Source: an uncultured bacterium (GTDB lineage Bacteria; Krumholzibacteriota; Krumholzibacteriia; Krumholzibacteriales; Krumholzibacteriaceae). Taken from it: 64,000 nt of DNA. Under the pieces are notes generated by a model. That model did not search any database. It saw only the letters and a program-made list of their open reading frames with translations, and was not told the DNA's origin. Position 1 is the stretch's first letter. Every line of letters begins with the position of its first letter. A program made the translations under genes and the position numbers. Positions 1 through 9,890 of this stretch are shown here, piece by piece. The stretch lies in NCBI GenBank assembly GCA_963786935.1, contig CAWBAN010000001.1:448001-512000 (forward strand), written 5' to 3'.

Positions 1-71
1 TCGCGTGCGTCACGCGGTTCGTCGCGGACGATCCGGGCGACAGCGAGGACGAGTAGCGGCGAGGTGATGTC

Positions 72-455
72 ATGTATTACATAGTCGAAACCGAGAAATC
101 GTTCAATCAGGCGGCGCTCGACCTCGAAGCGTCGGTCAAGCGCCACGGCTTCGGGGTGCTGCATATCCACGATCTGGGAGCCACGCTCCGCGGCAAAGGC
201 GTGGCGTTCGAAGAGGGGTGCAAGGTGTTCGAGGTCTGCAATCCGCAGCAGGCGGCGAAGGTGCTCGCCTCCGACATGCGGTTGAACATGGCGCTCCCGT
301 GCCGCGTGTCGGTCTTCACCGAGAAGGGCAAAACGAAGATCGGCTTCATCGAGCCGGTGCAGATGCTCTCGGCGCTCTCGCGCGATCCGGAGCTCATGCA
401 GGTCGCCAGAGAGGTCGAGGATATGATCGTCCGGATGGTCGAGGACGCGCGATGA
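72..455 (+). CDS. DUF302 domain protein
   Basis: 127-aa ORF with GFGVLH, CNP and LPCRVSV motifs typical of DUF302; GAGG upstream of the ATG. Confidence 0.8.
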   Translation: MYYIVETEKSFNQAALDLEASVKRHGFGVLHIHDLGATLRGKGVAFEEGCKVFEVCNPQQAAKVLASDMRLNMALPCRVSVFTEKGKTKIGFIEPVQMLSALSRDPELMQVAREVEDMIVRMVEDAR

Positions 456-781
456 GAATGTCGAATATTCCATTCGGCACGATCGACTGGTCGGCGGTCG
501 AGCGAACCGAGCACACGGGCGAGACGGGCGCGGCATACTGGCGCACACGGGAATTCGGAGGTATTCGCGTCCGCATGGTCGACTACTCGCCCGGCTACCG
601 GGCCGACCATTGGTGCGAAAAGGGGCATATCCTCCTCTGTCTCGAGGGCGAGCTGCATACCGAGCTCCAAGACGGTCGAGCCTTCGTCCTCACGCCGGGT
701 ATGAGCTATCAGGTGGCCGACGGCGCGGAGCCGCATCGCTCGTACACCGCGGCCGGCGCCACGCTCTTCATCGTCGATTGA
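452..781 (+). CDS. DHCW-motif cupin-fold protein
   Basis: ATG at 452 overlaps the previous stop (ATGA); contains the ADHWCEKGH signature. Confidence 0.85.
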   Translation: MRMSNIPFGTIDWSAVERTEHTGETGAAYWRTREFGGIRVRMVDYSPGYRADHWCEKGHILLCLEGELHTELQDGRAFVLTPGMSYQVADGAEPHRSYTAAGATLFIVD

Positions 782-810
782 CGGATGACGGAAAGGATCT
801 CTGATTCGGT

Positions 811-1418
811 ATGGAAGAGACGAGCTACATCGGCTGCGGCGATAAGCCCCCGGCCTTCAAAACGGCGCTCCTCGTCGTCGACGTGCAGAACGATTAGTTC
901 CCCGGCGGCAGGAATCCGCTCGCGGGGAGCGTCGAGGCGGCGGCGAACGCCGCGCGCCTCCTCGAGTTCTTCCGGCGCTCGGAGCATCCCGTCTTTCACT
1001 TGCAGCACGTCTCGACGTGTCCCGGCGCGACGTTCTTCCTCCCCGACACCGACGGCGTGCGCATTCACGAGCGCGTCAAGCCGCGCCCCGGGGAGATCGT
1101 TCTCCAAAAGCACCACCCGAACTCGTTCCGCGACAAGGAGCTCCTCACCCAGCTCAGCCTCGCCTCCGTGGCCCGCATCGTGGTCTGCGGCATGATGACG
1201 CAGATGTGCATCGACGCGACCGTGCGCGCGGCGGCAGATTACAAGCTCGAGTGCGTCGTGGCCGGGGACGCCTGCGCCGCGAAGGCGCTCACGTACGGCG
1301 GCCGCACGATCCCCGCGCGGGACGTCCATGCCGCGTTTCTCGCCGCCCTCGACGTCGCCTACGCAAGGTCATGACGACGGACGAAGTCCTCGCCCATCTG
1401 AGCCCGCCCGAAGCGTGA
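811..1418 (+). pseudogene. Isochorismatase-family cysteine hydrolase disrupted by an in-frame TAG (895-897) and a frameshift near 1364
   Basis: Frame from ATG 811 reads KTALLVVDVQND*FPGG...KHHPNSF...GMMTQMCIDATVRAA; the usual C-terminus (KVMTTDEVL) lies in another frame ending at 1418. Confidence 0.75.
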
Positions 1419-1532
1419 CGCCGCCCGCGCCGCTCGCGGCATGACGCGCCGCCCGGCGCCGCAATAATTCTTTAATGAAAATTCACCATCGGGTGTAGGC
1501 GGATAGTGAACATCCGTCCGAAAGGAGATGCC

Positions 1533-3029
1533 ATGTCCCCCAGATTGTTCGCTGTCCGCGCCGGCGCGGCTCTTTTGATTCTTACATTCCTCGCTCCTGC
1601 GGCATACGCCACGAACGGCATGAACCTCGAAGGGTACGGTCCCATATCGGTCGCCATGGGGGGAACGTCGTTCGCCTTCTGGAACGGCACCGCCGCCGTC
1701 ATGAACAATCCGGCAACCCTCGGGCTCATGACGAACGGAATGTATCTGAATCTCGCCGTCGGGAACCTCGGCCCCGACGTCACGGCGGTCGTCACGACGC
1801 CGGCGGGCGACCTGATCGCCGCGTCTCTCAGCGACGCCTTCTACATGCCCGCGCTCGGCTTCGTCATGAAGCGAAACGCCGTCGCATTCGGGCTCGCCGT
1901 CTTCAGCCAGGGAGGGATGGGCACCGAATACGCCAGCGATTCGTGGATGTCGGATCCGAGCATGGGTGCCAACACGGCGCTCACGGAGGGGCTCGTCAAC
2001 CGCTCCGAGGTCGGCGTCGGCCGCGTCATCGTTCCCGTCACGTACGACGTGAACGAGAAGCTCACCCTCGGGCTCACCGGCGACTTCGTCTGGGCCGGCA
2101 TGGACGTGCAGATGGCGATGAGCGAGCCGCAGTTCCAGAACCTCGCCAACCCGGCCGCGCAGACGATCGGCGCCGCCTCGGGCACGATGGTGGACGCGTT
2201 CGGCCAGCTCTACGAACCGTTCGGCGGAACGGGAGTGAGCCGCCTCTACCACGCCTATTTCGATTTCTCCAATACGAGTGATTTCACCGGAGAGGCGAAG
2301 GGCTACGGCGTGGCCGGAAAGATCGGCGGCCTCTACAAGGCGAGCAACCGACTCTCGATCGGCGTTACCTATCACACGAAAACGAGCCTCGGCGACCTCG
2401 AGACGGATAACGCGTCGCTCTCGATGGGTGTGAACGTCGATCCGGGCGTGTTCGTCGGCTCGCCGACGGGCACGTATCAGGACATGAACATCCCCGTGAC
2501 CGGCTCGATCGCGGTGCGGGACTTCGAGTGGCCCGCGATGCTCGGCGCCGGCGTCGCCTACAAGCCGGTGGAGCGCGTGCTTCTCGCGCTCGACGTAAAA
2601 TACGTATATTGGGAGAGCGTCATGAAGGATTTCAGGATGGTCTTCACCGCCGACGAGAGCGCCGGAAACGGCGCCTTCTCCGGCCTCGTCCTGGACGCCA
2701 CTCTCTACCAGAAGTGGGAAAATCAGGCGGTCATCGCCATCGGCGGCTCGGTCGAGGCGACGGACGCGCTGACGCTCCGCGCCGGATACAACTACGGCAA
2801 GAATCCGATTCCCGCCGAGTATCTGAATGCTCTCTTCCCCGCGATCGTCGAGAATCATTTGACCTTCGGCGCGGGGTACGGATTCACCGAGGCCCTCTCG
2901 GCCGATTTCTCGTTCGCGTACGCCTTCGAGAAGAGCGCCATGAATCCCGGCAACGGCTCGACGATTCCCCCGGTCGAGTCGGTGCACAGCCAGCTCAACT
3001 GGATGATTATGATGGGGTATCAGTTCTAG
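1533..3029 (+). CDS. FadL/OmpP1/TodX-family outer-membrane transporter
   Basis: Signal peptide, ATNGMNLEGYGP..AMGG hatch motif, NNPA motif, C-terminal YQF barrel signal; AAGGAG SD before ATG 1533. Confidence 0.85.
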   Translation: MSPRLFAVRAGAALLILTFLAPAAYATNGMNLEGYGPISVAMGGTSFAFWNGTAAVMNNPATLGLMTNGMYLNLAVGNLGPDVTAVVTTPAGDLIAASLSDAFYMPALGFVMKRNAVAFGLAVFSQGGMGTEYASDSWMSDPSMGANTALTEGLVNRSEVGVGRVIVPVTYDVNEKLTLGLTGDFVWAGMDVQMAMSEPQFQNLANPAAQTIGAASGTMVDAFGQLYEPFGGTGVSRLYHAYFDFSNTSDFTGEAKGYGVAGKIGGLYKASNRLSIGVTYHTKTSLGDLETDNASLSMGVNVDPGVFVGSPTGTYQDMNIPVTGSIAVRDFEWPAMLGAGVAYKPVERVLLALDVKYVYWESVMKDFRMVFTADESAGNGAFSGLVLDATLYQKWENQAVIAIGGSVEATDALTLRAGYNYGKNPIPAEYLNALFPAIVENHLTFGAGYGFTEALSADFSFAYAFEKSAMNPGNGSTIPPVESVHSQLNWMIMMGYQF

Positions 3030-3071
3030 CTATACCTGCGGGCCGCTTACGACGCCCACCACGCCATGCAA

Positions 3072-3099
3072 CGCCCTCCCCGGCACGCCGGGGAGGGCG
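3072..3099 (+). terminator. GC-rich hairpin downstream of the fadL-like gene (possible terminator, no U-tract)
   Basis: cgccctccccggc-ac-gccggggagggcg perfect inverted repeat. Confidence 0.45.
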
Positions 3100-3145
3100 C
3101 CCGCAGAATCCCGCCGGTCGGAGCTTTTCCTTCCCCTGAATTTCA

Positions 3146-3174
3146 TTGAAATATGCGCATCGAGGTGCTATAAA
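3146..3174 (+). promoter_or_regulatory. sigma70-type promoter for recA
   Basis: TTGAAA-N17-TATAAA with TGn extension. Confidence 0.6.
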
Positions 3175-3290
3175 AAGGCACTGGCGCCGCGTGCGCGGGG
3201 GCGCGGGGAGGTGGTGCGGGCCGCATCGAACGCAGGCGCATAAATCGTTTCAATACGGGGTGATGGGAGGATGACGGGGAAGGACGAACG

Positions 3291-4382
3291 ATGAAAGAGA
3301 CGAAGGAAATGAAAGAACCGAAAGAAGCGAAGAAGACGGCGAAGCCGTCGGAGGCGGGCAAGGACAAGGAAAAGGCGATCGAGCTCGCCATGGGACAGAT
3401 CGAGAAGCAGTTCGGCAAGGGCGCCATCATGCGTCTCGGCGCCGACGGCGCGATCGTCCCGGTGGAGGCTATCCCGACGGGGAGCATGAGCCTCGACGTG
3501 GCGCTCGGGATCGGCGGCGTGCCGCGCGGGAGAATCATCGAGATCTACGGGCCGGAGGGATCGGGGAAGACCACGCTCACCTGCTCGATCGTCGCGCAGG
3601 CGCAGCGGCTCGGCGGGGTCGCGGCCTTCATCGACGCGGAGCACGCGCTCGACCTGGCATACGCCCGGAAGATCGGCGTCGACGTCGACAACATCCTCAT
3701 CTCGCAGCCCGATACGGGGGAGCAGGCGCTCGATATCGCGGAAGTCCTCATCCGCTCGAGCGCGATCGACGTCGTCGTCGTGGATTCGGTCGCCGCGCTC
3801 GTGCCCGCGGCCGAGATCGAGGGGGAGATGGGGGATTCGCACGTCGGGCTTCAGGCGCGGCTCATGTCGCAGGCGCTCCGCAAGCTCGCCGGCGCCGTGT
3901 CGAAATCGAAAACGTGCCTGATATTCACGAACCAGATCCGCATGAAGATCGGCGTCCTCTACGGGAATCCCGAGACGACGACGGGCGGCAACGCGCTCAA
4001 GTTCTACGCGACGGTGCGCCTCGACATCAGGAGAACGGGCCAGATCACGGACGGCGACACGGTGATCGGGAACCAGACGCGCGTCAAGGTCGTGAAGAAC
4101 AAAGTGGCGCCGCCGTTCCGCCAGGCGGAGTTCGAGATTCTCTTCGGCGAGGGAATCAGCTTCGAAGGGGATCTCATCGAGCTCGGCGTCTCGTCGAACA
4201 TCGTTTCCAAGACCGGCAGCTGGTATTCGTTCGGCGAGGAGCGGATCGGGCAGGGCAAGGACAACGCGCGGATGTTTCTGCGGGAGAACAAGGACATCCG
4301 CCGGAAGATAGAGGAGAGCGTTCGCGCTCACTACGGGCTGCCGATGCCGTCGGCGGCGACGAAGCCGGACAGTGGCAAATGA
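3291..4382 (+). CDS. recA: Recombinase RecA
   Basis: [16 protein letters not shown]alker [27 protein letters not shown]. Confidence 0.99.
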   Translation: MKETKEMKEPKEAKKTAKPSEAGKDKEKAIELAMGQIEKQFGKGAIMRLGADGAIVPVEAIPTGSMSLDVALGIGGVPRGRIIEIYGPEGSGKTTLTCSIVAQAQRLGGVAAFIDAEHALDLAYARKIGVDVDNILISQPDTGEQALDIAEVLIRSSAIDVVVVDSVAALVPAAEIEGEMGDSHVGLQARLMSQALRKLAGAVSKSKTCLIFTNQIRMKIGVLYGNPETTTGGNALKFYATVRLDIRRTGQITDGDTVIGNQTRVKVVKNKVAPPFRQAEFEILFGEGISFEGDLIELGVSSNIVSKTGSWYSFGEERIGQGKDNARMFLRENKDIRRKIEESVRAHYGLPMPSAATKPDSGK

Positions 4383-5067
4383 TTCGAAGGGCGGGGGCGG
4401 CGCCCGCGGCGCCGGCGGCGCGGCGAGCGTCGAGAGCGTCCGCAGGCGCTGGGGCAAGCTCTACGTCGTGACGATCACGGACGGTTCGAGCTACCTCGTG
4501 CTCAAGGATCCCTCGACCGCCCCGCTGCTCGAAGCGGGCGCCCGGCTCGACGACGACGCGATCGAGGCGCTCCGCGGCCCCCTGGCCCGCGCGGCGGGGA
4601 TCGCGCTCGCCTACCGGCTGCTCGCCGCGCGTGACCGGACCGAGCACGAGATACGCGCGGCGCTCGGCAAAGAAGGAATACGGACGCCGGAGGTGGTTTC
4701 GGACATCGTCGATACCCTCCGGCGTCAAGGTTATCTTGACGACCGGCGCCTCGCGTCCCATTTTGTCCAGTACCGGGTGAAGCACCGCCCGGCCGGGCCG
4801 CGGCTCCTCCGGAGGAAGCTCCGCGAAGCCGGGGTGCGCGAGGAGGTCGTCGAGGAGGAGATCCGCGAGGCACTTCCCCCCGAGCGCGAGCGCGAAATCG
4901 CCGAAGGGCTCGCCCGCGCGAAGCTCAAGGGGGCGAAGAGCCGCGAGCAGGCGGTGCGGCGCGTGCACGGGCTTCTCGCGCGGCGCGGCTTCAGCGATCG
5001 CACGGTGAACGCGATCTGCTCGGCGATACTGAGGGGAACGTTTCCGGGAGAGAACGATGACGAATAA
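4372..5067 (+). CDS. recX: Regulatory protein RecX
   Basis: Directly after rec[30 protein letters not shown] motifs. Confidence 0.88.
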   Translation: MANDSKGGGGARGAGGAASVESVRRRWGKLYVVTITDGSSYLVLKDPSTAPLLEAGARLDDDAIEALRGPLARAAGIALAYRLLAARDRTEHEIRAALGKEGIRTPEVVSDIVDTLRRQGYLDDRRLASHFVQYRVKHRPAGPRLLRRKLREAGVREEVVEEEIREALPPEREREIAEGLARAKLKGAKSREQAVRRVHGLLARRGFSDRTVNAICSAILRGTFPGENDDE

Positions 5068-7741
5068 TCAGTGGCCGGCGCATCGGATTCGGCGCGAGTT
5101 CATCGACTTCTTCGTCGCGCGCGGACACACCGAGGTGCCGAGCGCTCCGCTCGTGCCGAAGGGGGATCCGACGCTCCTCTTCACGTCGGCGGGGATGGTC
5201 CAGTTCAAGGAGCTCTATCAGCAGCCGGTGAATCTCCCCTACACGCGGGCCGCGAGCGTGCAGAAATGCCTCCGCGCGGGAGACCTCGAGAGCGTCGGCA
5301 AGACGCTCCGCCACCATACCTTCTTCGAGATGCTCGGCAACTTCAGCTTCGGCGACTACTTCAAGCGCGAGGCGATCGAGTGGGCGTGGGAGTTCGTCAT
5401 CCAGCGCCTCCATCTTCCGCCCGAGAAGCTCTCCGTGAGCGTCTTCGAGGACGACGACGAGGCCTCCACGATCTGGAACCGCGAGATCGGGATTCCCGAG
5501 TCGAAGATCGTCCGCCTCGGCCGCAGGGACAATTTCTGGGGCCCCGTCGGGAAGACCGGCATCTGCGGCCCCTGCTCGGAGATCTATTACGACAGCGGCC
5601 CCGAGCGAGGCTGCGGGAAGCCGACGTGCGCGACCGGCTGCGACTGCGACCGCTACCTCGAGTTCTGGAACCTCGTCTTCCCGCAGTTCTTCTTCGACGA
5701 GAACGGCGTCTATCAACCGCTCGAAAAGCCCGGGATAGACACGGGGCTCGGTCTCGAGCGGCTCGCGATGATCCTGCAGGGAGTCGAGGACAACTTCCAC
5801 ACCGATCTCTTCCGCGACAGCGTCGAGGCGCTCCTCGACATGGTGCCCGAGGGGATCCCGATCACCCGCGAGGACCGAATGGGCATCAACATGGTCGCCG
5901 ACCACGCGCGGGCGCTCACCTTCACGATCGCGGAGGGCATCTATCCGTCGAACGAGGGGCGCGGCTATCTCCTCCGGCGCCTGCTGCGCCGCGCGCTCAC
6001 GAGGTTCTACTCGTACGGCATCGTCGAGCCGTTCCTTCACCGGCTCGTCGACGTCGTCGTGAACACGATGAAGGACGATTATCCCGAGCTCGCGGATCGC
6101 CGCGGGGACGTCGCGGCGATCGTCCGCGGCGAGGAGGAGAGCTTCTTCAGGACGCTCGCCGACGGACGCTCGCGCTTCGTCTCGATCGCGCGCGACGTGA
6201 GGGAATCGGGCTCCTCGACGCTCGACGGCGAGAAGGCGTTTCTCCTTCACGACACGTACGGGTTTCCGCTCGAGCTCACGAAGACGCTCGCGGCGGCGGA
6301 GGGGCTCGACGTGGACGAGAACGGTTTCGAGGCGGCGATGGAGGAGCAGCGCCGCCGCGCGCAGGAGGGAAGCTCGTTCGCGGGCGAGGGTCAGACCATC
6401 GTCTCGATGAACGAAATTTCGCAGGGGGCAAGCTCCGTGTTCACCGGATACGAAAGCCTCGGCGGCGACGCGGCCGTTCGGAGCTGGCGCGGGATCGAGC
6501 GCTCCTCGCGCGAGGACGTCGAGTGGAGCGATCCCGAAGGGACCGCCCTCGAGCTCATTCTGGACGAGACGCCGTTCTACGCGACGTCGGGGGGGCAGGT
6601 CGCCGACGACGGGCACATCGAGGTCGCCGGCACGCGGCTTCCCCTCAGGGACGTCTTCAAGCGCGGCGGCGAGATCGTGCACCTCGTCGAATCCCCGTGG
6701 CGCGAGGAGGACGCGCGGCACAAGCTCGTCTCCTCGCCGCTCGTACGGGTGCAGGTGGACGACGAGCGGCGGCTCGCGATCGCGCGCAACCACACGGCGA
6801 CGCACCTTCTCCACGCGGCGCTCCGCGAGATCGTCGGGCGCCACGTCGCGCAGGCGGGCTCCCTCGTGGACGGGGAGCGCCTCCGGTTCGATTTCAACCA
6901 TTTCCAGGCCGTGCCGCACGACGTTCTGCGGAAGATAGAGGATCGCGTGAACGGGTGGGTGCGCGACTGCATGGCGGTCCGCACGGCCTCGATGAATTAT
7001 CAGGAAGCGATCGACACGGGGGTCACCGCCCTCTTCGGCGAGAAATACGGCGCGGAGGTGCGCGTCGTGCGGATCGACGACGTGTCGGCCGAGCTCTGCG
7101 GCGGGACCCATCTCTTCAATACGGGGCAGATCGGGCTCTTCCTCGTCTCGTCCGAGACCGGCGTGGCGGCCGGCGTTCGCCGGATCGAGGCCGTGACGGG
7201 GACGGGCGCCCTCGCGCAGGTGCACGCGCTCCTCGGCGCGTCCGACGAGCTCGCCGAGATGCTGCGGGTCCCGCGCGGCGAGGCCGTCGCGCGGGTGCGG
7301 ACGCTCGTCGCGGAGATGGACTCGCTCCGCAAGGATCTCAAGCGCGCCGAGAGCGGCGGGGCGGCGCAGGAGCTCGACCGCATCATCAAGAGTGCCGTCC
7401 GCGTCGACGGCGTGCTCGTCGCCTGCGGGCGGCTCGCCGTGAACGACATGGGGGCGCTGCGGAATCAGGCGGACGTGTTCCGGAGCAAGGTCAAGGACGG
7501 GATCGCGGTGCTTTCCGCCGAGCTCAACGAGAAGATGCAGTTCATCGTGGCGGTGAGCGACGAGCTCGTCGAGGCGCGCGGCGTCGGCGCCGACGCGCTC
7601 GTCAAGGAGCTCGGGCCCGTCGCGGGGGGCGGCGGGGGCGGCAAGAAGCACCTCGCCCAGCTCGGCACGAAAGATCTCGCGAGCGAGGCGAAGGTGTTCG
7701 AAGCGCTTCCCGGTATTGTGAAAAAATTCATTTCGCGCTAG
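5057..7741 (+). CDS. alaS: Alanine--tRNA ligase
   Basis: DPTLLFTSAGM, HHTFFEMLGNFSFGDYFK, NHTATHLLH and ELCGGTH editing motifs. Confidence 0.99.
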   Translation: MTNNQWPAHRIRREFIDFFVARGHTEVPSAPLVPKGDPTLLFTSAGMVQFKELYQQPVNLPYTRAASVQKCLRAGDLESVGKTLRHHTFFEMLGNFSFGDYFKREAIEWAWEFVIQRLHLPPEKLSVSVFEDDDEASTIWNREIGIPESKIVRLGRRDNFWGPVGKTGICGPCSEIYYDSGPERGCGKPTCATGCDCDRYLEFWNLVFPQFFFDENGVYQPLEKPGIDTGLGLERLAMILQGVEDNFHTDLFRDSVEALLDMVPEGIPITREDRMGINMVADHARALTFTIAEGIYPSNEGRGYLLRRLLRRALTRFYSYGIVEPFLHRLVDVVVNTMKDDYPELADRRGDVAAIVRGEEESFFRTLADGRSRFVSIARDVRESGSSTLDGEKAFLLHDTYGFPLELTKTLAAAEGLDVDENGFEAAMEEQRRRAQEGSSFAGEGQTIVSMNEISQGASSVFTGYESLGGDAAVRSWRGIERSSREDVEWSDPEGTALELILDETPFYATSGGQVADDGHIEVAGTRLPLRDVFKRGGEIVHLVESPWREEDARHKLVSSPLVRVQVDDERRLAIARNHTATHLLHAALREIVGRHVAQAGSLVDGERLRFDFNHFQAVPHDVLRKIEDRVNGWVRDCMAVRTASMNYQEAIDTGVTALFGEKYGAEVRVVRIDDVSAELCGGTHLFNTGQIGLFLVSSETGVAAGVRRIEAVTGTGALAQVHALLGASDELAEMLRVPRGEAVARVRTLVAEMDSLRKDLKRAESGGAAQELDRIIKSAVRVDGVLVACGRLAVNDMGALRNQADVFRSKVKDGIAVLSAELNEKMQFIVAVSDELVEARGVGADALVKELGPVAGGGGGGKKHLAQLGTKDLASEAKVFEALPGIVKKFISR

Positions 7742-7744
7742 ACT
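7716..7744 (+). promoter_or_regulatory. Putative promoter for the polysaccharide cluster embedded in the alaS 3' end
   Basis: TTGTGA-N17-TAGACT in an AT-rich patch; the -10 includes the alaS TAG stop. Confidence 0.45.
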
Positions 7745-7777
7745 CCCGTGGGACGATCTAACCGGTGGAGTGACGGT

Positions 7778-9259
7778 ATGAAATCATGTGCAGCGTCCGT
7801 TCTGGCCGCGTGTCTCGCGATCGCGCTCGCCGCGTCTCTCGCGCCGGCGCCGGCGGCCGCGCAGGGGCGCGTTACCAAGCGCGTGTCGAGCCTGGATGTC
7901 GAACAGAAGGCGATCGGCGAGGCCGCGGAGGAAGAGACGGCCGCTCCGACCCGCGCCGCGATGACGCCGGCTCTCGAGAAGGCGGTCGATCCGGACCGCT
8001 ACATTCTCGGGCCGTATGACCGGCTCGCCATGACGATCATGGGGCCGGAGCCGCGCACGACCGTGCTCACGGTGCTTCCCGAAGGGAACGTCATCGTGCC
8101 GGGGATCGGCGCGATCAGGGCCGACGGGCTCACGCTCACCGAGTTCCGCCGGTCGCTCGCGACCGAGGTCGACAAATATTTCCGCAACATCGAGCTCTAC
8201 TGCTACCTCGAGACGCCCGCGCAGTTCAGGGTCTTCGTCACGGGCGAGGTCGCGAGCCCCGGGGTCGTTCTGGTTTCGGGCGTCGAGCGGGTCGCCGACG
8301 CGCTCGACAAGGCGGGGAGCGTCGGCGATCGCGGCTCGCGGCGGAACATCGCGCTCGAGCGCGGCGGCTCGACCGTCCGCGTCGATCTGGCCAAGTTCCT
8401 CGCGCTGGGGGATCTCGAGGGCAATCCGTTCCTCAGGAGCGGCGACCGGATTCACGTGCCGCCCGCGGGGTGGCGCGCCGTCATATCCGGGCGCGTGAAC
8501 AGGCAAAACGAATACGAGATATTCGAAGGGGAGACGATATCCGATCTCATCGCGCTCGCCGGCGGATTCGCGAGCGAGGCGATCCGCGACAGCGTCCTCC
8601 TCAAGCGGGTCGGCGCGGGGGGCGAAGTGACGACGAGCGTCGTCGCGAAGGCCCGATTCGACACGCCGCTTGCCGATGGGGACGAGATCGGCGTCTACGA
8701 CGCGTTGAAGGACCGCCGCTACGTGACGGTAGCGGGAGCGATGTTCCGGACGGGGCAGTTCGAGCTCGCGCGGGGAGAAGGGGTCGCGAGCCTCCTCGTC
8801 CGCGCCGGAGGCTTCAGGGCGAGCGCCGATCTCTCAGCGGCGTACGTCGAACGGAAGAACGGTTCCGTCGTGCGGGTCAATCTCGAGGAGTACCTCTCCC
8901 CCGATCCGTTGAAGGATCTGGCGCTCGAGAACGGCGACGCGCTTACCGTGCCCGAGATCGCGTCGAAGGTCACCGTCGGCGGATTGGTGAACAAGCCGGG
9001 CGAGTTCGCGTACAGCAGCGACCTCACCGTCGTGCAGTACGTCGGCCTCGCCGGCGGGCCGTCGCAGGACGGCGGCGTGGAGCGGGTCGTCGTCTATTCG
9101 GCGGACGGGAGCAGGCGCCGCGCCGCCAGCGACGAGCGCCTCAATCGCGGGGACGTCGTCGTCGTGCAGAAATCGGGATACGCGATCTTCGGCGACATCT
9201 TCGACGGAGTCCTGAAGATCGGCGCGCTCGTCGTCTCGATCCTGATCCTGAGCGAATAG
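7778..9259 (+). CDS. Polysaccharide export protein with multiple SLBB domains (Wza/KpsD-like)
   Basis: Signal peptide, YILGPYD poly_export motif, repeated V.G.V..PG / ..AGG SLBB units. Confidence 0.85.
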   Translation: MKSCAASVLAACLAIALAASLAPAPAAAQGRVTKRVSSLDVEQKAIGEAAEEETAAPTRAAMTPALEKAVDPDRYILGPYDRLAMTIMGPEPRTTVLTVLPEGNVIVPGIGAIRADGLTLTEFRRSLATEVDKYFRNIELYCYLETPAQFRVFVTGEVASPGVVLVSGVERVADALDKAGSVGDRGSRRNIALERGGSTVRVDLAKFLALGDLEGNPFLRSGDRIHVPPAGWRAVISGRVNRQNEYEIFEGETISDLIALAGGFASEAIRDSVLLKRVGAGGEVTTSVVAKARFDTPLADGDEIGVYDALKDRRYVTVAGAMFRTGQFELARGEGVASLLVRAGGFRASADLSAAYVERKNGSVVRVNLEEYLSPDPLKDLALENGDALTVPEIASKVTVGGLVNKPGEFAYSSDLTVVQYVGLAGGPSQDGGVERVVVYSADGSRRRAASDERLNRGDVVVVQKSGYAIFGDIFDGVLKIGALVVSILILSE

Positions 9260-9267
9260 GGGATGCC

Positions 9268-9870
9268 ATGGTCGCGCCGGGACGCCATCTGAAACAGGTT
9301 CGCGCCGAGCTCGATGCGCTCAAGGCGCTCCTCGATCGCTTCCCCGAGGCGGAGGCGGCGAAGATCGTGACGATGGCCGAGACGATCGCCGCCGCCCTCG
9401 TCGCGGGCCGCGCCGTCTTCACCTGCGGGAACGGCGGCTCCGCCGCGGACGCCCAGCACATCGCGGGCGAGCTCGTCGGGCGCTTCCGGCACAAGGAGCG
9501 CGGTTACCACGCGCACGCGCTCACGACGAACAGCTCCGTCGTCACGTCGCTCGCCAACGATTTCTCGTTCGACGAGGTATTCTCCCGCCAGATCGAGAGC
9601 ATGGCGCGCCCCGGGGACGTGCTCCTCGCGCTCTCGACGAGCGGCGGCTCGCCGAACGTCGTCAAGGCCGTCGAGGCCGCCCGGAAGCTCGGCGTGCGCG
9701 CGTTCGCCTTCTCGGGGAAGGGGGGCGGCCGTCTCGCCGACGTCGCCGATCTCGCCGTCGTCGTTCCCCACGACGATTTCGCGCGCATCCAGGAGCTCCA
9801 CATCACGCTCGGCCACATCCTGTGCGGCCTCGTCGAGGAGATCATCCTGCCTTCCGCTCCGAAGCCGTAG
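9268..9870 (+). CDS. gmhA: Phosphoheptose isomerase (SIS domain)
   Basis: CGNGGSAADAQHIAGELVGRF, STSG, RIQELHI..GHILC. Confidence 0.92.
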   Translation: MVAPGRHLKQVRAELDALKALLDRFPEAEAAKIVTMAETIAAALVAGRAVFTCGNGGSAADAQHIAGELVGRFRHKERGYHAHALTTNSSVVTSLANDFSFDEVFSRQIESMARPGDVLLALSTSGGSPNVVKAVEAARKLGVRAFAFSGKGGGRLADVADLAVVVPHDDFARIQELHITLGHILCGLVEEIILPSAPKP

Positions 9871-9890
9871 AATCGAGCAAGGGGCCGGCA

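Noticed and set aside
895..897. In-frame TAG as pyrrolysine or a recoded stop
   Set aside because: The position is normally Tyr (a single base change), the gene has a second lesion, TAG ends many genes here, and no pyl genes are seen
1471..3151. Imperfect AT-rich inverted pair flanking the fadL-like gene (1471-1486 versus 3136-3151) as mobile-element ends
   Set aside because: Short, gapped match between two promoter-like AT patches; no transposase or target-site duplication
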